DNA from: Candidatus Poribacteria bacterium
GTDB taxonomy: Bacteria; Poribacteria; WGA-4E; UBA9662
NCBI GenBank assembly: GCA_046582655.1
Contig: JAYGDX010000367.1
Location: 1-52,195 of the forward strand
Reading direction: 5' to 3'
Length of the DNA stretch: 52,195 nt
Under the pieces are notes generated by a model, which did not search any database, was not told where the DNA came from, and was given only the letters and a program-made list of their open reading frames with translations. This document shows, piece by piece, positions 21,127-30,453 of the stretch. Within the stretch, counting starts at the first letter, position 1; each line of letters starts with the position of its first letter. A program made the translations under genes and the position numbers.

Positions 21127-21936
21127 TTACCGTTTGGCTTTGATGATCCCCCAGCTAACTGCTAATTTATCACTCGGATTAACTGGAAGCACCTGGTCGA
21201 TGAGTTTGTCTTGAACCTCTTCTTGGCTCAATCCCACATTAGCGTATATCATCACTTCATCAATCATACCATGAAAAAGTCGGGTCTCTTTTCGTTCCAC
21301 ACCGATACCAACAAATGCTTCGTTGTTTCGTGTTTTAATGGCTTCTTTCGCTGAGGTGCTGAAATCCACCTTACCATCTAGATAGAGAAAGATTTTCTTC
21401 TGATCATAGGTAAGAGCCACATGCATCCACTTATTCAACGGCAATCCCGTTTTTCCAGTCATATACCCAAGTCCACCATCGTCTGAAGGACCGTAAAGAT
21501 ACGTGCCAAGTTTCCCATCTCGATAGACAAGATAGTAAGAACCAGGCTTGACAACGATGTTTCCCTGATCTTCAGTAGGTGGTCCCAAAATTTTGATCCA
21601 GGCAGAGAGCGTAATTCCTGCTGCAATCTGTTCCAGACTGTTTACCCCCAGTGCGGGTATGTTTAATCCGGATGGAGGTTTGAACGCCAAGCCCTTACCC
21701 GTAAAGTTTCCACCTTTATCGACACCTTCTTTGACCCATTTGGCACCTTCCCAAAGTTCACCATCATTTTTCTCAGCGGATGAATCCTTAGCGATTTTCC
21801 CTGTACCTTCATCGAGATGCCAATGGCCGACGAGCCCTTTCGGTGCCGCCGCCAAAGCAATAGTTGTCGTCATTAAAACAATAAGAAAAAGAAAAACAAC
21901 AAAATCCAGCTTTGTTCCAACAGACATTTTTACCAC
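21127..21936 (-). CDS. Secreted LamG (concanavalin A-like) domain protein with conserved C-terminal tail
   Basis: Signal peptide ending IALA; GLVGHWHLDEGTG, ITLSAWIK, WMHVALTYD, LYLDG, FHGMIDEVMIY; tail LPVNPSDKLAVSWGIIKAKR. Start may be ATG 21927. Confidence 0.88.
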   Translation of the reverse strand: MVKMSVGTKLDFVVFLFLIVLMTTTIALAAAPKGLVGHWHLDEGTGKIAKDSSAEKNDGELWEGAKWVKEGVDKGGNFTGKGLAFKPPSGLNIPALGVNSLEQIAAGITLSAWIKILGPPTEDQGNIVVKPGSYYLVYRDGKLGTYLYGPSDDGGLGYMTGKTGLPLNKWMHVALTYDQKKIFLYLDGKVDFSTSAKEAIKTRNNEAFVGIGVERKETRLFHGMIDEVMIYANVGLSQEEVQDKLIDQVLPVNPSDKLAVSWGIIKAKR

Positions 21937-22038
21937 CTTTTTTAGTTTTCCAGGTTAAAAACTAATCGAACCTAGTTAATTGTATACAGATATTACAGTA
22001 TGAAGGATCAAAATTGTGTAAAAACTGTAATCGGCTTT

Positions 22039-23040
22039 TTAGAATCGGGTATGCTGATACCGATTGAATGGCACATCAACTGCCAATTCAGTGGCAACGG
22101 TTTCCAAAATTCCCTGATGTTCAAAGCTAAGAGGAATACCCGACTGTTTGTTCTCTAAAGCCCACTGCCATTCCAAGCCACCAGCAAGTTCCGCCTGATC
22201 CATATTTGGCAGAGGTTTCATGCTACGTGCTTCATTGATGTAACGGTCCATTTCCTTTTTGAGTTCGGATACTGGCATAAAGTGATTGACATCAAAGATG
22301 GCGATGAACGCACCTTGGTTCGATTCCCAAGGAGACTTGGGTTTCTGAAACTCCGGCTTGTATATACCTGCCAAGATACCGCCCAGCGATTGCATGACCG
22401 CCCCTAATCCCATGCTCTTAAAGATAGCAGAAGGATACTCTTCAAAAAGTGTGGGGTTGTATGGCAAAACACCTCCCATATCCAGTACCAGTGGTGGTTG
22501 CTCTCCTGAAGGAATGGCAATACTCATTGGGGATCCTGGTGCAGATCCAGACACGACATCTTCACTACCAAATGAAATACGGTGGGAAGAGATAGCGATA
22601 CCAATGCAATCATGTACTAAAGCTATCCGGGTGTACTTGCCTGCTGCACCAAAATGATAATGGTTGCGTGTTGTCAATGTTGCACAACCATGCTCTTTGG
22701 CCTTAGAAATTACTTGTTGTGTCCCAAAATAACAGGGCAAATGTCCCATACCACCATCACCATCAAGCACCAAGGCCGATTTGGACTGGGACACCACCGC
22801 AATCTTGGGTTGCGGATTTACCCTTCCTTCACGGATCATACGGATGTAATCGGCTAGTTGCTTTGTACCGTGGCTGAATACACAATGTAAATCCGTTTGA
22901 ACCAATAAATCCGCCATCACCCTAGCGTTTTCAACCGACATACTCACTTTTGTAAAAAGATTAATTACCAACTGCTTCATGTCCTCGCTAGGCACTCGGA
23001 TTCCATGAGTTGGCGGATAGTTTCTTCTGTTGAAATTCAT
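22039..23040 (-). CDS. Ldh_2 family (malate/sulfolactate/ureidoglycolate dehydrogenase-like) oxidoreductase, divergent
   Basis: VFSHG, LDGDGGMG, NHYHFGAAG, PLVLDM. ATG 23040 preferred (AGGTG RBS). Confidence 0.82.
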   Translation of the reverse strand: MNFNRRNYPPTHGIRVPSEDMKQLVINLFTKVSMSVENARVMADLLVQTDLHCVFSHGTKQLADYIRMIREGRVNPQPKIAVVSQSKSALVLDGDGGMGHLPCYFGTQQVISKAKEHGCATLTTRNHYHFGAAGKYTRIALVHDCIGIAISSHRISFGSEDVVSGSAPGSPMSIAIPSGEQPPLVLDMGGVLPYNPTLFEEYPSAIFKSMGLGAVMQSLGGILAGIYKPEFQKPKSPWESNQGAFIAIFDVNHFMPVSELKKEMDRYINEARSMKPLPNMDQAELAGGLEWQWALENKQSGIPLSFEHQGILETVATELAVDVPFNRYQHTRF

Positions 23041-23182
23041 TTTTACACCTAAACGTATGAGAAAGATATTTCTGTGATCTGTTGATCTATATATGGTTAT
23101 TAAAACGCGGAACTTGAACCAAGAATACAGTATCATCCCCGGCAGTATATTTCAATTTCACACCTAACGGTTCCATGAATTA

Positions 23183-23191
23183 TGCTATAAT
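23183..23191 (+). promoter_or_regulatory. Extended -10 promoter element (TGcTATAAT)
   Basis: Perfect TGnTATAAT in the divergent intergenic region upstream of 23358. Confidence 0.45.
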
Positions 23192-23357
23192 GGTTCTGAT
23201 ATGAATCTCATTCGAACTAAAAAATTATTCCTCAATGATTGGGTTTCAGCAGATACGAATATCATTTCTTCATACACACCATTAAGTACAATTCTGCTAT
23301 CACACTTGGCCCAATAATCCTTGGTGAATTTTAGTTCGTTTATGAAAAGAATCCCGA

Positions 23358-24365
23358 ATGTCTGTTATCTCGATTAGTGAACTGCAACGCCGGCTGAGCC
23401 GATTCTCACGACTGTCATTGGCTGATTTGCCAACCCCACTGCTTGATTGTCCCCGTTTGTCCAGTGTTTTAGATGGGCCTCGGATTATGGTTAAACGGGA
23501 AGATCAAACCGGATTAGCCTTTGGTGGAAATAAGGTGCGGGAGTTTGAGTTTTCAGTCGCCCCAGCAGTGGATGAAGGGTACCATGTCCTACTACACGGA
23601 GCCGCATCTCAGTCTAATCAGTCCCGACTGACGGCAGCCGTGGCAGCTCGACTGGGACTGAAGGCGATCATGATAGGTCAAAAGGACGCTCACGCCAAAC
23701 CAGTAAATGGGAACTTACTGCTAGCCCATCTCTTCGGTGCCGAGGTGCACTTGGTAGAGAGCCCAACGGAAAAAGAAAAGTTAATCAAACAGTTGAAATC
23801 AGAAGGGCAACGGATATACAACACTAGTAGTGACGGTTACTACCTACGAAGCCTGTCCTATGTAGACGGGTTTCTGGAACTTTGGGAACAGTTTCAAAAT
23901 CAAAGCATCCTGCCTGACGCCATCTATGTTTGTTCAGGAGTTCACACGCATGTGGGATTGGTGGTAGGTTCATCCGTATTGGGTATTCCCCTAAGGATTG
24001 TAGGAATCAGCCCCAGTCCTCGTCAAAATGCGGGAGCTAATACTCAACTGGCTGAAGTTGCAAATCATGTTGTCCGAATGCTTGGGATTGATCTAACATT
24101 TTCAGCAACAGATTTTGAGAGTTATGGAGAATACGCTGGCGAGGCTTATGGGTTGGTGACACCGGCTTGCCGAGAGGCCGTAATTCTGGCTGCCAGAACA
24201 GAAGGTTTGCTACTGGATCCAGTATACACTGGCAAAACATTTGGAGCACTTATTGATCACATTCGGAAAGGGCAGTTTGCAAGAAATCAAACGGTGGTCT
24301 TTGTTCATACTGGTGGAACACCTGCCTTGTTTGCCTATGGGAACGAGATTTTAGTGGACGTTTGA
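23358..24365 (+). CDS. PLP-dependent D-cysteine desulfhydrase / cysteate sulfo-lyase family enzyme
   Basis: LPTPL, KRED...GGNKVR (PLP Lys), QSNQSR, EGLLLDPVYTGK, FVHTGG. Thr at both diagnostic sites (DPVYT, HTGG) argues against ACC deaminase (DPVYE, HLGG). Confidence 0.85.
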   Translation: MSVISISELQRRLSRFSRLSLADLPTPLLDCPRLSSVLDGPRIMVKREDQTGLAFGGNKVREFEFSVAPAVDEGYHVLLHGAASQSNQSRLTAAVAARLGLKAIMIGQKDAHAKPVNGNLLLAHLFGAEVHLVESPTEKEKLIKQLKSEGQRIYNTSSDGYYLRSLSYVDGFLELWEQFQNQSILPDAIYVCSGVHTHVGLVVGSSVLGIPLRIVGISPSPRQNAGANTQLAEVANHVVRMLGIDLTFSATDFESYGEYAGEAYGLVTPACREAVILAARTEGLLLDPVYTGKTFGALIDHIRKGQFARNQTVVFVHTGGTPALFAYGNEILVDV

Positions 24366-24412
24366 AAAACGGTGTCAAACTTTGAATTTACAGCTATCTG
24401 ACGGAGAATAAA

Positions 24413-25456
24413 ATGCCAATCCTTTCTGCGGAAGAGTTAAGGCGAATCGGTCAGGAATTGTATCAGCGGCTGGGTGCGAGCCCTGAAGAGGCAACCACAG
24501 TAGTAGATTTATTGGTCGAGTCTAACCTGGCCGGGCACGATTCTCATGGAGTACGCCGATTGTTGCAGTATGTTGCTGGTATACGTTCGGGTAAAATCGT
24601 ACCAAAGGCAAAGGTGGAAATCGAAATGGAGACCGCCGCCACGGCCGTATTGAAAGGAAACTGGGGGTTCGGACACGTTACCGCGGTGGAAGCCATGAAG
24701 ACCGCTATCCAGAAAGCCAAAGAAGCATCGATAGGAATAGTAACTGTTTACCAATGCAATCACGTTGGTCGGTTGGGAGGATATCCTCCCATGGCAGCAT
24801 GCCAAGGTATGGTGGGGATCATGAGTAATAACGGTCATGGATCGGATTTGTCCATGTCGCCATGGGGTGGAGTTGGACGCATTTTACCAGCTAACTGTCT
24901 GGCGATGGCTTTTCCCTCTGACCATGAATTCCCTGTTGCGCTAGACCTAACGACAGCTGTAGCAGCCGGTGGCAAGGTTCGATTGGCACTGGAACGTGGA
25001 GAGCAAATTCCTGAAGGATGGCTATCGGACGCAGAAGGTGGTTCAACAACAGATCCAGCTGTGTATGTAACTGATCCAAGAGGTTCTCTACTGCCTTTTG
25101 GTGGAACGGTTGGACATAAGGGCTCTGGTCTGGCGGTTGTGCTGGATATTCTATCCGGTGCGCTGTCACCTGCCGGGTGTTCGCGGATGAACGCTGAGGT
25201 AACAGGTAATGCGCTATTTGTGCAGGCGATCCAAATTGAATCCTTCAAACCACTTGAAGAATTCAAAGCCGAAGTAGGACAATTTATCAATCACGTAAAA
25301 TCAGCTGCTCCAGCCCCCGGATTTGATGAGGTAATGGTTCCCGGGGAACGATCCTATAGAACACGAAAACATCGGTTAGAAGAGGGTATTTTAGTGGAGG
25401 ATGCGACTTGGGAACAAATTTGCGCGGCGGCTAGGGATTTGGGTGTAAAAGTGTAA
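24413..25456 (+). CDS. Ldh_2 family oxidoreductase
   Basis: NLAGHDSHG, NHVGRLG, LDLTT, LLPFGG..GHKGSGL, VPGE. Confidence 0.9.
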   Translation: MPILSAEELRRIGQELYQRLGASPEEATTVVDLLVESNLAGHDSHGVRRLLQYVAGIRSGKIVPKAKVEIEMETAATAVLKGNWGFGHVTAVEAMKTAIQKAKEASIGIVTVYQCNHVGRLGGYPPMAACQGMVGIMSNNGHGSDLSMSPWGGVGRILPANCLAMAFPSDHEFPVALDLTTAVAAGGKVRLALERGEQIPEGWLSDAEGGSTTDPAVYVTDPRGSLLPFGGTVGHKGSGLAVVLDILSGALSPAGCSRMNAEVTGNALFVQAIQIESFKPLEEFKAEVGQFINHVKSAAPAPGFDEVMVPGERSYRTRKHRLEEGILVEDATWEQICAAARDLGVKV

Positions 25457-25754
25457 TTTGGGATTGCTTCGTTTTCGATTTTCAAGAACCGCTCGGAATC
25501 GTACTGTTTTTTTTATGAACAAATCCTGACAATATGAAATAAGAAAAAGATTTCTAACTATCTTGGCACCTGAAGATGAATCAATGTTTTATCTTCAATT
25601 CCAACTCCAGCCTCTGATTTCCAACATAACCATTACCCAATTTTGTTATACTGCAATAGACTTCTTGCATGTATGAGAAAAGTATCGAATACGAGAAGTC
25701 TGATATTTAACCCATATCAAAAAATTGATGAATTGACTATAAGGAGCAGTGAGA

Positions 25755-26144
25755 ATGGACCTGAAAATATGGAAGATTGCTTTGTTAATGAGCGATATGA
25801 AAAAGGCGGAAGAACTATACGTGAATAAGCTTGGACTCAAGATCGTTGACCGATTGGATCTTGGTGAGCAAGGTGAAGTTCTCTTTTTGGATGCTGGTAA
25901 TGTACAATTGGAACTGATTCCCGAAGCAGCGTTTAATGGAGTTTGGGGCTTAGATCGACCGGGAGTCCACCACCTCTCATTTCAGGTAGACAACGTCGAG
26001 ACAAGCGCCGAAGAATTGCATAATAGGGAAGTTACGGTCAAAAAAGAGCCATTCCAGCCGCTTGAGGGCATGACACTTGCATTCCTTGACGGACTTGATG
26101 GAGTAAATCTGCAACTGTTCCGATATGACAAACCAAATACGTAA
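25755..26144 (+). CDS. VOC (glyoxalase/bleomycin resistance) family protein
   Basis: Paired beta-alpha-beta-beta-beta pattern: YVNKLGL, QLELI, GVHHLSFQVDNVE, DGVNLQL. AAGGAG RBS before ATG 25755. Confidence 0.85.
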   Translation: MDLKIWKIALLMSDMKKAEELYVNKLGLKIVDRLDLGEQGEVLFLDAGNVQLELIPEAAFNGVWGLDRPGVHHLSFQVDNVETSAEELHNREVTVKKEPFQPLEGMTLAFLDGLDGVNLQLFRYDKPNT

Positions 26145-26322
26145 TTAAGAAGTAAAATCAGATACTTGAAAGTTACGATATCATGGTTTTCCTGACGTGA
26201 GCCATCGCAAATCAGCATTTCAATGCTCCTTATTCAGCTGAGACGACAACATGAAACGGCTTTAAAAAAGCAAATTCTAACCGAAACCTTGAAGCTGCTT
26301 TGGGAACAATTGGGCAACCCTC

Positions 26323-26372
26323 AATAATCCCTGTAACTGCTATCAAGATGATAGTAAGTTACAGGGATTATT
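26323..26372. terminator. Long hairpin between convergent genes, overlapping the xylulokinase stop
   Basis: AATAATCCCTGTAACT (26323-26338) and AGTTACAGGGATTATT (26357-26372) are a perfect 16-bp inverted repeat, extended inside by GCTATCA/TGATAGT. Confidence 0.7.
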
Positions 26373-27993
26373 CGATTGGATGTTGCGCAATGATTTTTGC
26401 TTCCTCTATTCTGAACTGTTCCAGGTAACCGCCACGATTGTGATACGCAGCCACTTCTGCTGGGTTAGGCTCGATCGGTTTGTCCCTTTTTAGAACTTTC
26501 TGACTAAACTGTTCCACATCGAATGGCAGATCTTCGGATTCACATGCCGCATAGGCACCCGCCACAGCAGCGCCCAAAGCTGGGCCGCCTGTTTCAATCG
26601 ATACAACTTTTCGATTCCATATAGCGGCTATACGTCTCATGATCTCAGAGCTAATGGTTGCTCCGCCAGTAACATATAATGACTCTTGACCGGTTTTGGT
26701 GAAAGCTTCTGAATGGACATACACAGCAGCTAAGCTGCTATCAATAATACCGGCATAATCGGATTCGAGCGTTGGTTCAGAATGATAGGTGATGCGAATC
26801 AAATCAAAACTGCCTGAGGGTGGAAAGGATTCGTTTTTCGGTTGCCAGAACAGTAGAGATGATCCGGGATTAATCCGCCGCAGTGCTTCTTCTGCTGGAT
26901 CATAATCTTCTTTACTTAGGTTATAAAGCGCTCTAATCTCATCCCAGACCATTGCACCGTTAGTTCTACATCCGAACATAAAAGGCCTACCAATTCCATC
27001 GTACATACCATTGGCCAATCCTTCCATATCGAACGTTTCTCCATCAGTGGACACCATATTGACGAAGCTTGTTCCTAAACTTAGCAAGTCACCAGAAACC
27101 AAAACCTTGGCTTGCGGATTATCTCCAGAACCAGCAACAATCTTACAACTGGGCGAGAACCCATATTTCTCTACGAAATAGAGAGCGATGTTTCCGACAA
27201 TGGTATCGGGGGAAACCAAGTCAGGCAATTTCTCGCTGAAGGCTTCGAAACCTCCCGGCAATCCCTGAGCGGTAGCCTCAACCAGTTCAACAGACCATTC
27301 CCGGTTGCGATAATCCATCAGCGACATTCCACAGGCGTTGCCATAATCAATGGGTACTTTCGAGTTCCCTGTAAGTATGGCTGGAATCAAGCTGCTGATT
27401 AATTGAACATTTTCTGTCGCCGTATATACTTCAGGAAACTGCTCAGCAACCCTTCTAATAACTGTGCCAGTGAACCTTAGTGGTGCATCCGAACCAGAAA
27501 GGCGAATCATGTTTCCTTTTCCACCCACTGCTGCCCTGACATATTCTGTTTGAGCCACCGTGTTGGAGGTCATCCAGATAGGTGATGACAGGTAGGCAAG
27601 GCTCCCTTCCAATAGGCTCAGCAGATCTTTTTCCCCGCTTCCTTTTTGCCTCAGTTGAGGGAAAAGGTCTTCTGCTGATTTATTCAGGTAGACGTGTCCA
27701 TGTTGCTGTCCGGAATCGTTAATAACCACAACATTTGCCAGTGAGATTCCGGCTGTACGTATATCATCAAGCATGGCATCAAGAGCCGCCCAAAACATTT
27801 CTGGGGGTTGATCGGCTTCGCCTTCCACTCTGGGTGGGATAATATAATCCGAACGAATACCAAAATCGTTTAACCTATTATCTCGCCTGTAGTCCAGAGA
27901 ATGCTCAAATGATTTATCACCACTTTCAATATCCACTATTATTGCAGATAAGCTCTGTGTGCTAGCGTCTAGTCCTAAAGAGAGTTTCGCCAT
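26368..27993 (-). CDS. xylB: FGGY carbohydrate kinase, xylulokinase-like (eukaryote XKS1/XYLB type)
   Basis: LGLDASTQS, SGQQHGHVYL, SPIW, RFTG, GSGDNP, LSLGTS, YVTGGA. Confidence 0.8.
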   Translation of the reverse strand: MAKLSLGLDASTQSLSAIIVDIESGDKSFEHSLDYRRDNRLNDFGIRSDYIIPPRVEGEADQPPEMFWAALDAMLDDIRTAGISLANVVVINDSGQQHGHVYLNKSAEDLFPQLRQKGSGEKDLLSLLEGSLAYLSSPIWMTSNTVAQTEYVRAAVGGKGNMIRLSGSDAPLRFTGTVIRRVAEQFPEVYTATENVQLISSLIPAILTGNSKVPIDYGNACGMSLMDYRNREWSVELVEATAQGLPGGFEAFSEKLPDLVSPDTIVGNIALYFVEKYGFSPSCKIVAGSGDNPQAKVLVSGDLLSLGTSFVNMVSTDGETFDMEGLANGMYDGIGRPFMFGCRTNGAMVWDEIRALYNLSKEDYDPAEEALRRINPGSSLLFWQPKNESFPPSGSFDLIRITYHSEPTLESDYAGIIDSSLAAVYVHSEAFTKTGQESLYVTGGATISSEIMRRIAAIWNRKVVSIETGGPALGAAVAGAYAACESEDLPFDVEQFSQKVLKRDKPIEPNPAEVAAYHNRGGYLEQFRIEEAKIIAQHPIE

Positions 27994-28434
27994 TATTTCA
28001 CTTCCTATGTGTTTTTTTAGTCTTTATATCAAACTTCTATTATATCTATCAACATAATTTTGAATTTATTATTAGGTCTATGGTGATAAAAATTTCATAA
28101 ATATAGATTATAGATATCAAAAGCAGATCCTGAAACATTTCCGCTAACTTCGCTATTTCTGACTTGCAATGCGATAGGCGTTTAGTTTGCCAATCACTTG
28201 TTGATAGTATATATGCACTGTCTGTTATGTTGGCGATTCAATCCTTTTGTCTCTAGCATTAACGGATTATGTTTCAAGTAAAAGTCTTATTCATCAAACA
28301 GTAATATAAAGAATCTTAAAGCAATAGTCGTTTTTTATCGGAAGAAGTGAAAGATAATTCCTTGACTTAAAAGAGGGTTTAAATGTACAAAAGAGTTTAA
28401 AATGGCTGTGTTGTTGTTGAATAAAGGTGATTAT

Positions 28435-28974
28435 GTGTTTGGGAAACGTTTAACATTGATCTATTGGTTGGTAATGGTGCACATCATAATGTTCCCCTAC
28501 AGGATTAGCAGAACTTGATGAAAATACCATTGTTGATATCTGGTTCTTTGATGAAGGCAAAGGGAACACGGCAAAAGATATTTCCAAAAATGGCAATCAC
28601 GCCAAACTGGTCGATGCAAAATGGACACAAGATGGTAAACACGGAAAAGCCGTTGAATTTGATGGAACTAACCACGTTAAAATTGCCGCCAGCAAACCGC
28701 TTATACGTTGATAATAAGTGGTTTCTAAGACTAGGGCAGGCAAACCGAACCTGAAGAACGAGCATAATGGTGAAGCTATCTGGTTAGCAAGTTGGAAAGC
28801 ACCGAGTGGAGTTTTACAGGTATGATTGACGAAGTAGGGGTTTTTAATAAGGGGATATCCGCTGATACACTCAACGATATTGCCTCCAAAGGTATTGAAA
28901 AAACTATGCCTGTCTCTGCCAAGGATAGACTCACGACAAAGTGGGGATCCCTTAAGGCATCGTCCTACCATTAG
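28435..28974 (+). pseudogene. Fragmented secreted LamG protein with C-terminal tail
   Basis: Signal-like MFGKRLTLIYWLVMV after AAAGGTGA. 28502-28711 reads GLAELDENTIVDIWFFDEGKGNTAKDISKNGNHAKLVDAKWTQDGKHGKAVEFDG. After stops, frameshifts and a large deletion comes FTGMIDEVGVFN...MPVSAKDRLTTKWGSLKASSYH*. Confidence 0.85.
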
Positions 28975-29150
28975 ACAAATGCATGAACAGAAGATGGTAA
29001 TTCTAAAAATAACAGAAGAAATATGGTTTGTGAGTACACTGTGATGGGATGCTCCTTTCTGTATGAAAAAGGAGCTGTGAGCTTTATAGTCATGGACACT
29101 GGGTTCATGGGTGGAATTGAAGTTCCTGATTAGTGTTTTGAGGGAGAAAC

Positions 29151-29789
29151 TTGATGGCTTTGTCGGATTTTAAAGGACCGAATTATATTGACGACTGGTC
29201 TATGGATCTCGATTATCGCTGGCCTGAAAGAATCGATATTTTTGAAAGCATCGTCCGAACGATCGTATCTTGGTGTGAAAATTCGAATCGAAGAGACATT
29301 CGCTTACTGGAATTGGGTGTAGGCGCCGGATTCCTTGCCAGGTCGGTTCTTAACACATTGGCAGCTCATGTTCAGCCTTCAAGTTATCTTGGAATTGACA
29401 TCAATCCAAAGCTCACTCAACATACACTGAAACGGCTGAGTGGTCTTGGTTACCCTGACATAAGTGTCAATAATGCAGATCTGAATGGCGATTCTTGGGC
29501 TGAAGGACTGGAGGTGGTCGATGTCGCTTATACTTTCCAAACGTTGCATGACCTCGCTGGGTATGCAGCACTAACGGCTGTTTATCAGCAATTCTTTTCA
29601 TTAATTACCCCTGGAGGATTGATGCTCAATGCGGATTTTGTGGTTCCGTTTCCAACTGATGATACAGATAAACCTAGGCGCTTTCCAGTTGAGACGCACC
29701 ATCAACTGTTGGAGTCTATTGGCTTTATGCAGTTCAAATGTGAAACGAGCATCGGTAAGTTAGCATGTTTGACTGCTGTTCGTCCCTGA
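29151..29789 (+). CDS. Class I SAM-dependent methyltransferase
   Basis: LLELGVGAG motif I, GIDIN, NADL, LHDL, LITPGGLMLNAD. Confidence 0.88.
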   Translation: MMALSDFKGPNYIDDWSMDLDYRWPERIDIFESIVRTIVSWCENSNRRDIRLLELGVGAGFLARSVLNTLAAHVQPSSYLGIDINPKLTQHTLKRLSGLGYPDISVNNADLNGDSWAEGLEVVDVAYTFQTLHDLAGYAALTAVYQQFFSLITPGGLMLNADFVVPFPTDDTDKPRRFPVETHHQLLESIGFMQFKCETSIGKLACLTAVRP

Positions 29790-29839
29790 ATGACAAGTGC
29801 GTTTATAGTTTTTTGATCATTTCAGTTTTATATTCACTA

Positions 29840-30423
29840 GAACCTGTTTAGGAAAAAGAAGGGGTCGAAATAGTAAGAAGTTTCATGTGACACTGGTGGA
29901 TAAAAAAAGCCTGAGTCAGCCATGGAACAGAAGAATGATAACACCAATACAACAAATCAACAATGGCAATGCCATCTGCTACCTGGTTACCATCGGTTGT
30001 CAATGGAGGATGCTGTCCAAGGATTTTCTCCCTTGGCAAAATGTCTACTTCTACTATGGCAAATGGTGTCAGCAGGAAAGATGGTTCCTAATCCATCGTG
30101 CCTTGCATCAACTAAGTCGAAATGCCGCCAATAGCCAAACTGCCTATGAATTACTTTCGCCCGTTTTCTTCTGGCGGGACACCATCCAAAAGCTATGGAC
30201 TGACGGTGGTTATGGGGAAACTCGGTTTCAAGTTCAGTTAGACATAGCGGTGAATCTGAAAGCTGAGGACTTTCAAGTCTTACCTAAACGATGGATTGCG
30301 GAACGGACTTTTGCCTGCTTGAGCTTGGACTATCAATGCAAAAGTCAGCGCTCAGAGAACATGATTTATATTGATATGATTCGACTGATGCGCAAACGAA
30401 TAAAAAGACTTTCAAACAGGCTC
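29840..30423 (+). mobile_element. Internally deleted IS5-family (IS1031-like) element
   Basis: Ends GAACCTGTTT (29840-29849) and AAACAGGCTC (30414-30423; reverse complement GAGCCTGTTT). The ORF keeps NAICYLVTIGCQWRMLSKDFLPWQNVY, LWTDGGY, FQVLPKRWIAERTFA and SENMIYIDMIRLM but lacks the IDSQ and KGRKRH..VD blocks. About 580 bp. Confidence 0.85.
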
Positions 30424-30453
30424 TTAATGTGCAGAATATCTGATTTTATTTTA

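Noticed and set aside
23358..24365. ACC deaminase (acdS) call
   Set aside because: The diagnostic Glu and Leu are both Thr (DPVYTGK, VHTGG).
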